DNA from: Mobula hypostoma
Lineage: Eukaryota
DNA length: 64,000 bases
NCBI RefSeq assembly: GCF_963921235.1
Contig: NC_086107.1
Location: 104,224,001 to 104,288,000, forward strand
Direction: 5' to 3'
The notes below the pieces were generated by a model. That model saw only the letters and a list, made by a program, of their open reading frames with translations. It had not been told where the DNA came from and did no database searches. The number at the start of each line of letters is the position of its first letter. Within the stretch, counting starts at the first letter, position 1. Positions 49,501 to 58,417 of the stretch are shown in pieces. The position numbers and the translations under genes are program-made.

Positions 49501-51278
49501 TTGGTGAATGTCACTTGAGTTCTGATCCTTACAAGCAGATAAATCTCTTACAGTTTCTACCTGAAGAAATTCGCCCCAGTATGCTTTCTCAAATAACAGA
49601 GGAAATTCTTAATGAATCAGTTCTATGTTTATGTTCACATGGAGATAACTGCACATTCAGAAATGATTTCTACAAGATTCTTGTGTCCTCTAACTTTAGA
49701 GGTGGACTAACAAGCTTGTTAAAGGGCCAGTGCAGTGGGGAGCTGCCTGTGAGAGACATTGAGCATGATTGTGAAAATGTCTTTTCCAAAATGCAAATTA
49801 TCTGCTGCAAGAAACTAGAAACAATTCTTTGCTTGGGGTCAGAACAGCTGAGTGATACCAGCATTGAGAAACAAGTCTACACCAAGATAGGCAGCACAGG
49901 TAACGGTGTGGTTTACCTGGAGCACAGAGATAATGTACCATTCAGCATGAGAACAGTCATTATCCATTCACTGGCAACAGAGCTCAATGTACTGTTGAAG
50001 AATGCCTTAAACAAAGATTCACTATTAATTCTGGTGCTGATGCTCAGTTGCGAAAATCCACAAGACATAAAGAAAGTGTTGGAAGACAAAGGCATTCACA
50101 CTAGTAAGTTAAAAGTAGAGATTCCAATGAACCAGCCTAATCCTGGAGATCCTGTTCCAGAAGAACTTATTCACACACTGGAAATGGATATTGCATATCA
50201 TTTCAAAGCTGGTGAATATGTGGCTTACAAAGGTCCCAATGCAATTGATTATGTCTATGCCATTTTTATTGAGCGGATAAGCACTGATATGTTTGCCAAA
50301 GATATAAAAATGCAAAGGTATAAGATAAAGATAGGTATAGACTCCTTCACTACAGTCAACCATCTGGACTTGTATAAATTCAGTCAACAAAAGATGCCTG
50401 AAGAAATATGCCAGAAAGTTGTTGTACAGGATGCACCAAAAGACAAGCAACAAACATCCAGCCAGAAGTATGAATCTTTAGACAGCATAAAGAAAGAAAT
50501 TCATGATTATCTAAAGGAAGTAAGAAATCTCCCGAAGGATGAGAGACAGAAAGCAATTCGTCGCCTTTACCTAAAGTGGCATCCAGACAAAAATCCAAAT
50601 AACACTGAAGTAACAACACAATTGTGTCACTTTATTCAAGAGAAAGTGAAGCAGCTGGATGTCATCCGAGCTGAGAATGCAAGCTGCTCGTCAGATTACA
50701 AAAGCTCCTTCTCCAGTAAAGAGGAAGATTTTTCATCATTTTTTAATCAGTGGAATAGTGAGGCATCAAGGCATAAGAAGAGCCGATCACAGCAGAGAAA
50801 AAGCCACCGTGCCAATGAATTCTGCTCATTCCCAAAGAAAAACCAGTCCAATCCAGAAGAGGCTCGAAGGTGGTTTAGACAAGCAAAATGTGACCTGAGA
50901 GCAGCTCACAATGACCTGGGATATTCCGGCCAAGATGGCACTGCCATTGAATGGTTGTATTTTAAAATTCATCAAGCGGTGGAGAAAGCTTTGATTGCTG
51001 CAGAGTACAAGAAAAGTGGAATATGTATTAGTGATCACAGCATCACCTACCTTGCCAACCAGGTATCAAGTTATAGTGCAAAACTATCAGACCTGGTGAG
51101 CTTGGTGAATAAACTCAAAGATTATGGAGTAGATAGGAAGAAGACTCAGTATCCCAACTATCATTCACAGCCCCATGTCCCAAATGATCTCTTCAAGTCA
51201 GGTCATGAACAAGAAGTCCTGACTTTAGCACAAACAATTCTGGATAGTATTGAAGAGTTCATCACAAGTAACACATAG
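10451..51278 (+). CDS. SACS: Sacsin-like protein, multi-exon gene (3x SIRPT/GHKL repeats, J-domain, HEPN); probably a UBL-less paralog of SACS
   Basis: Exons join in frame through GT-AG junctions with matching phases: ...[43 protein letters not shown]...[11 protein letters not shown]...[22 protein letters not shown]...[14 protein letters not shown]...AYSQ|IFANV...ITSNT*. Length is 4326 aa from ATG 20028, or 4369 aa using all candidate 5' exons. The symbol denotes the family; orthology is uncertain. Confidence 0.9.
10530..11450 (+). repeat. Purine/G-rich degenerate tandem repeat (GAGATGAGGT/GGTGA units)
   Basis: Many GAGATGAGGTG / GAGATGGGGTG units; a ~60-bp block at ~10594 recurs at ~11090. 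Confidence 0.85.
11570..13640 (+). mobile_element. CR1 3' fragment(s), split by a Rex1 insertion
   Basis: [18 protein letters not shown]...[15 protein letters not shown] (11571-11767) continues after 13094 ([12 protein letters not shown]); TTCTATG tail. Confidence 0.75.
11768..13093 (+). mobile_element. Rex1/Babar LINE, RT and 3' end (frameshifted)
   Basis: [35 protein letters not shown] (RT), [49 protein letters not shown] tail. Confidence 0.85.
14829..15956 (-). mobile_element. Rex1/Babar LINE, 3' fragment
   Basis: ORF 15059-15412 is an RT C-terminus; (TCTGAT) tail. Confidence 0.8.
16338..17240 (-). mobile_element. CR1 LINE 3' fragment, same young subfamily as 4603-7180
   Basis: Near-identical to 4610-5520; ORF 16588-17241; CAATAGA tail. 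Confidence 0.9.
18196..18372 (-). mobile_element. Short tRNA-derived SINE with 12-bp target-site duplication
   Basis: A-box TGGCGTAGTGG, B-box GAGTTCGAATCC, (CTT)n tail; AGGGAGTTTAAG at 18184-18195 and 18373-18384. Confidence 0.8.
18972..19291 (+). mobile_element. Chapaev3-like (CMC) DNA transposon, 3' fragment
   Basis: From 18976: [24 protein letters not shown], a transposase C-terminal motif; ends GAGGAAGCAACACTTTTGAAAAAAATTGTTGTCCAGT, like the 3' end at 60835. Confidence 0.7.
19420..19710 (-). mobile_element. Degenerate V-SINE-like element
   Basis: TGTGGGAGGTAACCGGAGCACCCAGAGGAAACCCAC core (reverse complement of the V-SINE central domain). Confidence 0.6.
19778..19867 (+). CDS. Candidate 5' exon of the sacsin-like gene (90 nt, phase 2/2)
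   Basis: Acceptor TTCTTTTTCAG|, donor |GTTAAG (weak); open in the required frame ([31 protein letters not shown]). Confidence 0.3.
20006..20095 (+). CDS. Probable 5' exon of the sacsin-like gene (90 nt, phase 2/2; internal ATG 20028)
   Basis: Long polypyrimidine acceptor TTTTTTTTTACTTTCATTGAG|, donor [38 protein letters not shown] splices in frame to 23871. Confidence 0.6.
20403..20740 (+). mobile_element. Degenerate V-SINE-like element followed by an AATA/GAAT/GGAT microsatellite tail
   Basis: Decayed tRNA head, GTGTGGGTTCCCTCCCA core, CTGTGCTGTATCTCTAAATAAATAAATGAAT... tail. Confidence 0.55.
21110..23420 (+). mobile_element. Old Penelope-like element (RT end + GIY-YIG remnants), interrupted at ~21377-22486
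   Basis: CCACCAACTTTCACCCTGCCCTCAAATTTACCTGG (RT end); [21 protein letters not shown] (degenerate GIY-YIG), paralleling 30541. Confidence 0.6.
21423..22379 (-). mobile_element. Internally deleted Rex1/Babar LINE (5' UTR + start of APE domain fused to 3' tail)
   Basis: ORF 21588-22157 YSRDQLI...RGCRGG...SLVGNKMDE...[15 protein letters not shown]...GFQTVRAD; (TATC)n tail at 21423. Confidence 0.7.
23871..23958 (+). CDS. SACS: Sacsin-like coding exon (88 nt), start of SIRPT1
   Basis: TAG|G AAG AAA TTT GGT...[41 protein letters not shown] (not in the ORF track). Confidence 0.93.
23981..25950 (-). mobile_element. Older CR1 LINE with ORF1 esterase remnant and ORF2 endonuclease
   Basis: 25318-25611 [13 protein letters not shown]...[10 protein letters not shown] (SGNH esterase-like); 24685-24951 [18 protein letters not shown]; 24281-24550 [10 protein letters not shown]. 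Confidence 0.75.
26364..26475 (+). CDS. SACS: Sacsin-like coding exon (112 nt), GHKL N-box of SIRPT1
   Basis: CTCTCCTTGTTTCTAAG|GAA TTG...[34 protein letters not shown]. Confidence 0.93.
27296..29540 (-). mobile_element. Vingi-like (Ingi-related) non-LTR retrotransposon, 5'-truncated
   Basis: [84 protein letters not shown]; stop codon followed immediately by a TGA-type tail. Confidence 0.7.
30063..31197 (+). mobile_element. Penelope-like element with GIY-YIG endonuclease and inverted terminal arm; 15-bp TSD
   Basis: [28 protein letters not shown] (30541-30834); TGTATTCCATTATCC at 30048-30062 and 31198-31212. Confidence 0.88.
32131..32277 (+). CDS. SACS: Sacsin-like coding exon (147 nt), GHKL G-boxes of SIRPT1
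   Basis: TTTCCTCCATTAG|GT CCG...[26 protein letters not shown]...[16 protein letters not shown]. Confidence 0.94.
32627..34097 (+). CDS. SACS: Sacsin-like coding exon (1471 nt)
   Basis: TTTTTGCAG|AT GTA CCA...[49 protein letters not shown]; same frame as ORF 32788-34101. Confidence 0.95.
34216..35591 (-). mobile_element. RTE-clade LINE, 5'-truncated, RT region largely intact
   Basis: QFGF...[49 protein letters not shown]; (ACG)n tail; GGTTC on both flanks. Confidence 0.85.
37236..37314. mobile_element. 79-bp hAT-type MITE in a CR1 3' tail
   Basis: TIRs CAAGGATTCCCAA / TTGGGAACCCCTG; 8-bp TSD CTCTAAAC/CTCCAAAC. Confidence 0.75.
38431..38519 (+). CDS. SACS: Sacsin-like coding exon (89 nt)
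   Basis: TTTTATGTTTATAG|G ATT TTA...[39 protein letters not shown]; phases 2 and 1 link the 1471-nt exon to the giant exon. Confidence 0.88.
38915..38951 (-). ncRNA. Minimal type I hammerhead ribozyme motif (Penelope-associated), antisense copy
   Basis: Reverse complement reads AGTC-CTGACGA-A-GGGTctcgGCCC-GAAA-CGTC-AACTG. Confidence 0.55.
39583..39619 (+). ncRNA. Minimal type I hammerhead ribozyme motif (Penelope-associated), sense copy
   Basis: CUGACGA core 39587-39593, stem II GGGU/GCCC, GAAA 39607-39610, palindromic ACGU stem III, GUC triplet ending 39614. Confidence 0.6.
40273..51278 (+). CDS. SACS: Giant terminal coding exon of the sacsin-like gene (11,006 coding nt)
   Basis: Acceptor TTCTTCTTCCAG|; SIRPT2 from ~42405 ([21 protein letters not shown]), SIRPT3 from ~45417 ([21 protein letters not shown]), J-domain WHPDKN (HPD 50580-50588), HEPN from ~50850 ([12 protein letters not shown]); TAG 51276-51278. 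Confidence 0.97.
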
Positions 51279-51577
51279 GGACATTCCCCCTTTTCCTTAT
51301 CAGTAGCTGATAGAAGGGTAGAAGCATTGTTCAAGCAAGTCACTGATGGAGGCAACAAACTTCTCTTAACAAAGTAAAGTCAAACTTGATACCTATACAT
51401 ACTGATACCCTTTTGTCTATACTGCGGTATCTGACAATTTACTAAAAAGAAGTGCTACTGACCAGATAACTGTAAATTGTTCTCATGTACATACCTGTCA
51501 GATAAATGTTTCTGCTTAGTGAACTGAATCGAAACCATTTTCTACCTGCATTTATTATATTCACTTTTATAATTAGC

Positions 51578-51583
51578 AATAAA
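51578..51583 (+). terminator. Candidate polyadenylation signal
   Basis: AATAAA ~300 nt after the stop, followed by T/GT-rich sequence; another AATAAA at 51732. Confidence 0.5.
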
Positions 51584-52109
51584 ATAATTTGTGTTAAATT
51601 ACTTTCTTGTCTGAACAAAATGGTTTTTAAACTCAGGTGACATAATTGTTCCATAAATAACTGGACCCACTCTCCCATTGTTCCCACATCTAATTAAAAA
51701 AATACAGTACAAAATCTACCCTCTGCAATCTAATAAATGGTTCATTTTATAATCTGTCTAAATTTGTGTCAAGAAAGCAGCTAATAATCCCCTAAACTTT
51801 GGATAGGTGATGGTATAACCATATAACAATTACAGTACCGAAACAGGCCTTCTCGGCCCTTCTAGTCCATGCCGAACTCTTACTCTCACCTAGACCCACC
51901 GACTAGGTGATGATGGAAACATGTTATCCACTGTACAGAAACTATATTGATAAATTAGATTAAGGATCATCTTTCTATTTCCTATCAACTTTAATGTAAA
52001 GTGCAGCATTAAATTGCATTTAATTCAAACATTGTGTTGAACTCCATTAACAAGTAAAGATGTAATTAGATAGAACAATCGATCTATTGCATGATGGATG
52101 TAGACAAAA

Positions 52110-52490
52110 TTAGATCATAGAACAGTACAACACAGGCCCTTTGGCCCACAATGTTCTGCTGAGCTTTTAACTACCCCAGGATCAATCTAACCTTTCCCTT
52201 CCACATAGCCCTCCATTTTTTCTGTCATCCATGTGTCTAAATGTTCCTAATGTATTTGTATCTATCATCATGCACCCACCACACTCTGTGTGGGGAAAAA
52301 ACACCTCTAACATCCCCTTTACTCTCCTCCAATCACCTTAAAATTATGATCTCTCTTATTAGCCATCAGCACCCTGGGAAAAAGGCACTATCTGTCCTCT
52401 CTATTTATGCCTCTTATCATCTTGTACACCTCTATTAAGTCACTCTCATCCTCTCTCTCACCAATGAGAAAACCCTACTTCACTCAGGTT
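52110..52490 (-). mobile_element. Degenerate CR1 3' fragment
   Basis: CATAGAACAGTACAACACAGGCCCTTTGGCCCAC tail and ATGCCTCTTATCATCTTGTACACCTCTAT. Confidence 0.6.
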
Positions 52491-52642
52491 TGATTTTGTG
52501 TGATACTCCCACAATTAAGTGACAGATTGGCAATATATAGCAGTACTATATCCTGCAGGAACCAGGGATTCATAGAGAGGGAATGCCAATTGACTAAAAT
52601 CTACTGCAAACTGGGATAGTGTTGAAATATGCAGTAGGTACA

Positions 52643-53119
52643 TGTTGTGAACAAAGTTGCCGGAGAGACACTGAAGCTAGTGGATGTAGAATTTTTTATT
52701 CTAGCAGAACGAGTATATGGGCATCATATTGGAGACACTCTTGGAGGAAGAGACCTATCTGACCCAATATTACATGACATTTTTATATGCTGAAGATCAA
52801 AAGTAACAGGAGGATAATTCTATAGTTACAATGTATCTACAGTGCTTCCTTTAAATTACATATTGTTTTCAAACACCTCCTTCTTCATACCCACACTCCA
52901 GATACCCAAGATAAATATTAATCAGTATTGTCTCTCTCTCTGGATTCATACATATGCAGACATCAAGTGAATAGGTGTTTCCTTGTTTGCAATCAACCCC
53001 AATCTGCAACTCCAGGGACAGTTTGTCAGAGTTGCATTTTAAATTCAATCTACAATCCACATTCAAATCTAAAGATTGGTTAACACTAAAATTAATATTT
53101 GCTATATACCCTAACTACA
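52643..53119 (-). mobile_element. Possible solo LTR
   Basis: TG...CA ends, AATAAA on the minus strand near one end, 4-bp flanks TACA/TATA. Confidence 0.25.
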
Positions 53120-53794
53120 TATAGATTTTTTTTATTCAATGAGGCTTGCTGCTGTGGATCTTTCCTGCTGAAAGGTCTCTCTGATGACACCAGCTACTTG
53201 GAATGTAATGTAGGCCTAATGGTAAAATCCAGCTTTCATTCACGTGACCGGAGTATTACCAAGAGTTAAAGAAATCTTTGACATCAAACTACTTAGCTCA
53301 TCCATAGATAATATTTACTCTAGTCAAAATGCCAATTGTGAAATCCAGTTTGATTCTTACCCCATTTTGTGTTTGTTACTGTTGACATTTATGTATGTCA
53401 CTTAACATAGACATTGCTGTCAATAATCTATGCATACTAAGTATGAGAGACAGTTCCACAATTTTAAATATTTAAAATGGGATAATGCCCTAAATACAAT
53501 AAAGTAGGAGCAATTTGGTGTGAGCTGCTAAATAGTCACTTGTGATTATCATAGTGGTAGGTTCCCAAGCAATATACAGACAGAAAGAACAAGCATTTAA
53601 GATACTTTTTAAAGTTGACCATACATCTTAAAATATACTTCAATGTATATGCTATATCAAGTACTTTGCTGATATAAACAGTATGTGTTGCTGCCCAGTT
53701 ATTGTAAGGTTTAACCAGAAGTGGAATAGCACCCATGACAATAAATGCATAGACTGCTACAGATATTTCCATTTCTTCAAATCTAAGGCTGTAA

Positions 53795-54740
53795 TTAGAA
53801 CATAAAACAGAACAGTAGAGCACAGTACAGGCCCTTCAGCCCATCTTGTTGTGCTGACCTAAGTAAACCTAGTCCATGATCAATCTAACTCCTACATGTT
53901 ACAGAGACCATAACCCTCCATTTCTCTTTCATCCATGTACCCATTTAAAAATCTTTTTAAATATCCCTAATGTATCTGCCTCAGCAGTGCACTGAAGGCA
54001 CTTATCACTTTCTTTGTAGAAGTCCTACCTCTGACATCTCCACTTACCTTAAAAGAATGTCCTCTGCTATTAACCATTGCCGCCCTGAGAAAATGGTGCT
54101 GGCTGTCTACTCTATCCATGCCTCTTATAATCTTGTACACTTCTATCACGTTGCCTCGCTTGCTCAACCTTTCCACATAGACATGCTTTCTAATCCGGGC
54201 AGCATCTTGGTAAATCTTCTCCGCATATTCTCCACAGCTTCCATATTCTTCCTATAATGAGGCAACCAGAACTGAACCCAATACTCCAAGTGTGGTTTAA
54301 CCAGAGTTTTATAGACCTGCAACATTACCTTGGGGCTCTTGAACTCAACCCCCCCCCCCAATAGGCTAGCCAATTCCAAATCCACCTAGCCAAGTTTCCA
54401 TGCCTCATGACCTTCTAGGTGAGTCTTCCATGGGAACCTTGTCAAACACTTCACTGAAATACCTGTGCACCACATCTGCTATTTTACCTTCATTAATCTA
54501 TCTTGTTACTTCCTCAAAAAAAATCAATCAGGTCAAGGAAGCACAACCTGCCCCTCTCAATTATTAGGATTCCCTATCACCTTTCTTGAACAAAGGTACA
54601 TTGGCCATCCTCCAATCCTCTGATAAAACTCTGGTGAGTACGCATAAATCATCGCCAGTAGCTGATTAATCTTGCTTCCCGTAGCAACCTGGTGTCTATC
54701 CTATCAAGTCCTGGGAATTATTTATCCTAACATTTCTCAA
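53795..54740 (-). mobile_element. Degenerate CR1 fragments
   Basis: ORFs 54164-54385 (VYKTLVKPHLEYWVQFWLPHY) and 53967-54176. Confidence 0.7.
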
Positions 54741-57042
54741 AAGCACCAACAATGCATTATTATATTTAACGGTTTTACAACTGGTCTTGATTACATCTGG
54801 GTTGTTTTTTAGATATTAGATACTAAATTCAAAAGACCACTGAATGCATTTATTTATCACAAATAATCCAAGAACATGTAGATTTTCTTTGAAGGTTGTT
54901 TATCTTAAATAATAGAATACACACAGAAATTTGAATTTATTCTCCTATCAGCAGCAGTCTCAACCATTCATTATATTGAACTCATCCAGAAAGCAATGAC
55001 TATCACTAACACCACCTGGGAACAGAGTGAGTGATGCCCAGATTTCCCATTCCCAGTCATGGCAAACTCTGAGCACAGTGAGAGGCAACAAATCAGATAT
55101 GAGGTTTAGGTCAATTTATGAAAGAAAATCTCTGGAAAATTCTTCCCCATTTCCTACGGGAATCATAGGATCCAGGAAGCCATGATGGTGCAATCACTTA
55201 CCAAGATTCACAACCTCCAACTGGATGAAGATACTTTTCCTTTGAAAGCTATGCTGAGTAAATACTTACTACAGGTTCCAACAATATGTCACTCCTTGGG
55301 TAATTTTTCTGGTAAGGTGGCAGCATGCACGGACAGTGGCTTCTACAGGGCCAACCAAAGGTGTTAATGTCTTTTTTAAATGTATTTTTTATGATCACAA
55401 GACCCTACTGGACATTAAGAACTTAAAGTACTGCAAGTCTACCCCACCAGCAAGTTGCTCGTTGGTGGAGAAACTGAAGGAGCTGGCATTGTTGTGGACC
55501 ATGTTGCTGCCTGCTACAGAGAGCATCGGAGTCAATGTGCAAAGGAGGTATGCTGTCTAACAGTGAGTGATTGTCTTAGATGCATTTTCTTATGATCACA
55601 AGATTCTGTTGGACATTAGTAATGTGGAATGCTGCAAATCCAGTTCTCTGGTTTATTGGTGAGACTGATGGCAGGGGAACTGTGTGGTCTTTGTTATAGT
55701 GAGAGCTAGGCTTCAAGCTGCAGTGTCGCCTGCTTGCCCCCATTCAGCAGAGAGGCATCAGAGTGGTGTGGCACAGCGTTCAGACTGATGTCGGTGCTGC
55801 CCTCCAGTGTTTGCTTGGTGGAAGACTAGGCCTTAAGCTCCGGTGTTGCCTGTTTGCAGCCACCCCGGAGAGAGGTGTCTGAGTCGGTGTCGGACTCAAT
55901 GTGGCTCAGCGTCCATGCTAGAGTAGGTGATGCTCTTCAGTGTTTGCTCAGTAGAAGACAAGGTTACTTGTGTTCAACTGCAGACTGCTGTAATATTCAT
56001 GGACTGAGGGCCTTGGGCTATTTATTTGTATGACTGTATTTTACTGGTATCTTATATGTGCTATGTGTGCCTTGTGCTGTGTACGACTGTTGGTACTGTG
56101 TTTGGCACCTTGGCCCCAGAGTTACGCTGTATTCATGGGTATTCATGTATGGTTGAATGACAATTAAACTTGAGCTCACAACAAAGCATCCTGCTCAGTT
56201 TCCCAATAATCTTGCAAAAATAGTGTACAAAAGAATCCAAAGTCAAAGATGTTCATGAGGCCTAATTTAGAGTATTGTGTACAGTTCTGGTCACCTACCT
56301 GAAGGAGAAGTATCAATAAGATTGAAAGAGTACAGAAGCAGATTTACGAGGTGTTGCCAGGACTTGATCTGAGTTAGAGGGAAAGGTTAGGAATTTATTC
56401 CCTGGAGCATAGGATAATGAGCTGCCAGGAGGTTTGATTTCAACATTTCAGAGAAGTTTGGACAAGTACAAGGATGGGAGAGTTATGAAGGGCCATGGTC
56501 CAGGAGCATATCAATGGGACTAGGCAGAATAATAGTTTGGCACTAGATGGGCTGAAGGGCCTGTTTCTGTGCTGTAGTACTCTATGATTCTCTGACTCTA
56601 GTTATTCCTCGTCTCTCATGATCCTGCAGTGGTGGCTATCCTGATCCAAGTGTTTATCTCAGATCTATGTGATTTTCATAATTGTGAGTGATTATCCTTG
56701 CTCTGAGTAATTATTCCAGTGTCACTGCTCTGGGATAACCACCCCTACCCCAGATGATGCCCTGCTCTGAGAGTTTATCACTGCACCAGGGAACTCTGTT
56801 CACTCCATCATTAAGGGTCTGGATATTTACCCCTACAGCATGATGTTATCACTGCTCGGGATATTTATTAGTGTGTTTAACCCCAGATGCAAGTAGCTAT
56901 CCTTGATACAAATGTTTATTTCTGATCTAGGTATTTATCCTTGCCCCTAATAATTACCCCTGTTCTAGGAGATCATCCTGTCTCTGCACAATCATGACTT
57001 CACTGGGTGATTGTCCTAGCTCTTAGTGATTCAAAATAAATT

Positions 57043-57515
57043 TAAATTTCAAAATTTCAAAGTAAATTTATCATCAAAGCACATATATGTCACCATATAC
57101 TACTGGGATTCACTTTTTTGCAGGCATTAACAATGGATCAGAGAAGTACAGAAGAATCAATGAAAAAAATCTACACATAAACAAACACTGATAAGCAAGC
57201 AATGTGCAAAAGAAGGCAAATTGTACAGATAAGAAGATAACTAAGTAAATAAATCATACTCATAACATGAGTTCAGAGTCCTTGAAAGTGAATCTGTAGG
57301 TTGTAAAGTTCAGCATTGAGTTGAATGAAGTTACAGTATCCATGCCAGTTCAGGAGCCTGATGGTAGGAGGGTAGTAACTATTCCTAAACCTGGTGGTGT
57401 GGGACCTGAGGGCCCTGTATCTCCTTGGCAGAAGCAAGAAGAGAGCATGGCCTGGATGGTGAGGGTCTATGATGATGGATGCTACTTTTTTGTGGCAGTA
57501 CTCCATGTAGATGAA
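57043..57515 (-). mobile_element. Rex1/Babar LINE, 3' fragment
   Basis: ASIIIDPHHPGHALF..LP..RYRALRSHTTRFRNSYYP; (TTTGAA) tail. Confidence 0.7.
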
Positions 57516-57619
57516 CTCAATAGTGATCCTCCATGATCCAGACGCATGACCCTGCTCCAGCTAATTATCCCTGCTTTAGGTGTTTATCCTACAGCCAGGT
57601 CATTGTCCAGCTGATTATC

Positions 57620-58200
57620 CCCCTCCCCACTCCCCGCTTCTTCAATTGTCCACTCTGCCTTCTCTTACCTCTTCTTTTATTCCTCACCTGCCTATCACCC
57701 CCTGGTGCCCCTCCTCCTTCCGTGGTCCAATCTCCTCTCCTGTCAGATTCCTCTGCTCCAGCTCTTTCTTTTCTCACCTGCCTATCACCTCCCCCCACCC
57801 CCGATGCCACTCCTCCTTCCCTTTGTCTCATGGCTCAATCCCCTCTCCTGTTCCAGCTCTTTACCTTTTCCACTTATCACCTCCTAACTTCTTACTTTAT
57901 TCACTCTCCCCACCCACCTGGCCTCATTTATCACCTTTCTAGCTTGTATTCCTTCCCCTCCCCCAACTTTCTTATTCTGGCTTCTTGCCCCTTCCTTTCC
58001 AGTCCTGATGAAGGGTCTTGGCCCAAAACGTTGACTGTTTGTTGCCCTCCATGGATGCTGCCTGACCTTCAAAGTCCTCCAGCATTTCATAAACACAAGA
58101 AAGTCTTCGGAGTTGTATATGAATACATGCTTTGATAATCAATGAACCTTTGAACCTTGGAACCTTTGAGATGCTGGAAATCCAAAGCAACACACACAAA
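57620..58200 (+). mobile_element. Penelope-like 3' terminal repeat fragment
   Basis: Pyrimidine-rich arm ending AGTCCTGATGAAGGGTCTTGGCCCAAAACGTTGACTG...GATGCTGCCTGACC. Confidence 0.65.
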
Positions 58201-58417
58201 CTACTGGAGGTACAGTATTCACTTTATGCATTAGCCAGCACTGGATGTGTACTACCAGCTCCTGGTACCTGTTAACTGCCCCTACTCCTAGATAATCCCA
58301 GTTCTGTTAAAACTCAACACTAGGTTTGTCCTTGCTCCTGACCATTATCCTTACTATCCTGTTCACTATGATGTTCTCAATTAGGATGCGCTGTTTAATT
58401 CTTCTCTGTTCTGATAA

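Noticed and set aside
40253..51038. Many short antisense or alternative-frame ORFs inside the giant exon
   Set aside because: Expected shadows of a long coding region; no motifs.
55330..56175. Region with internal duplications as a novel regulatory array
   Set aside because: Ends in a LINE-type tail (GTATGGTTGAATGACAAT.AAACTTGA) shared with ~61580-61615; most likely a non-autonomous retroelement.
57560..57580. Resemblance of the ATTATCCCTG unit to the I-SceI homing site
   Set aside because: Only a short partial match; coincidental.
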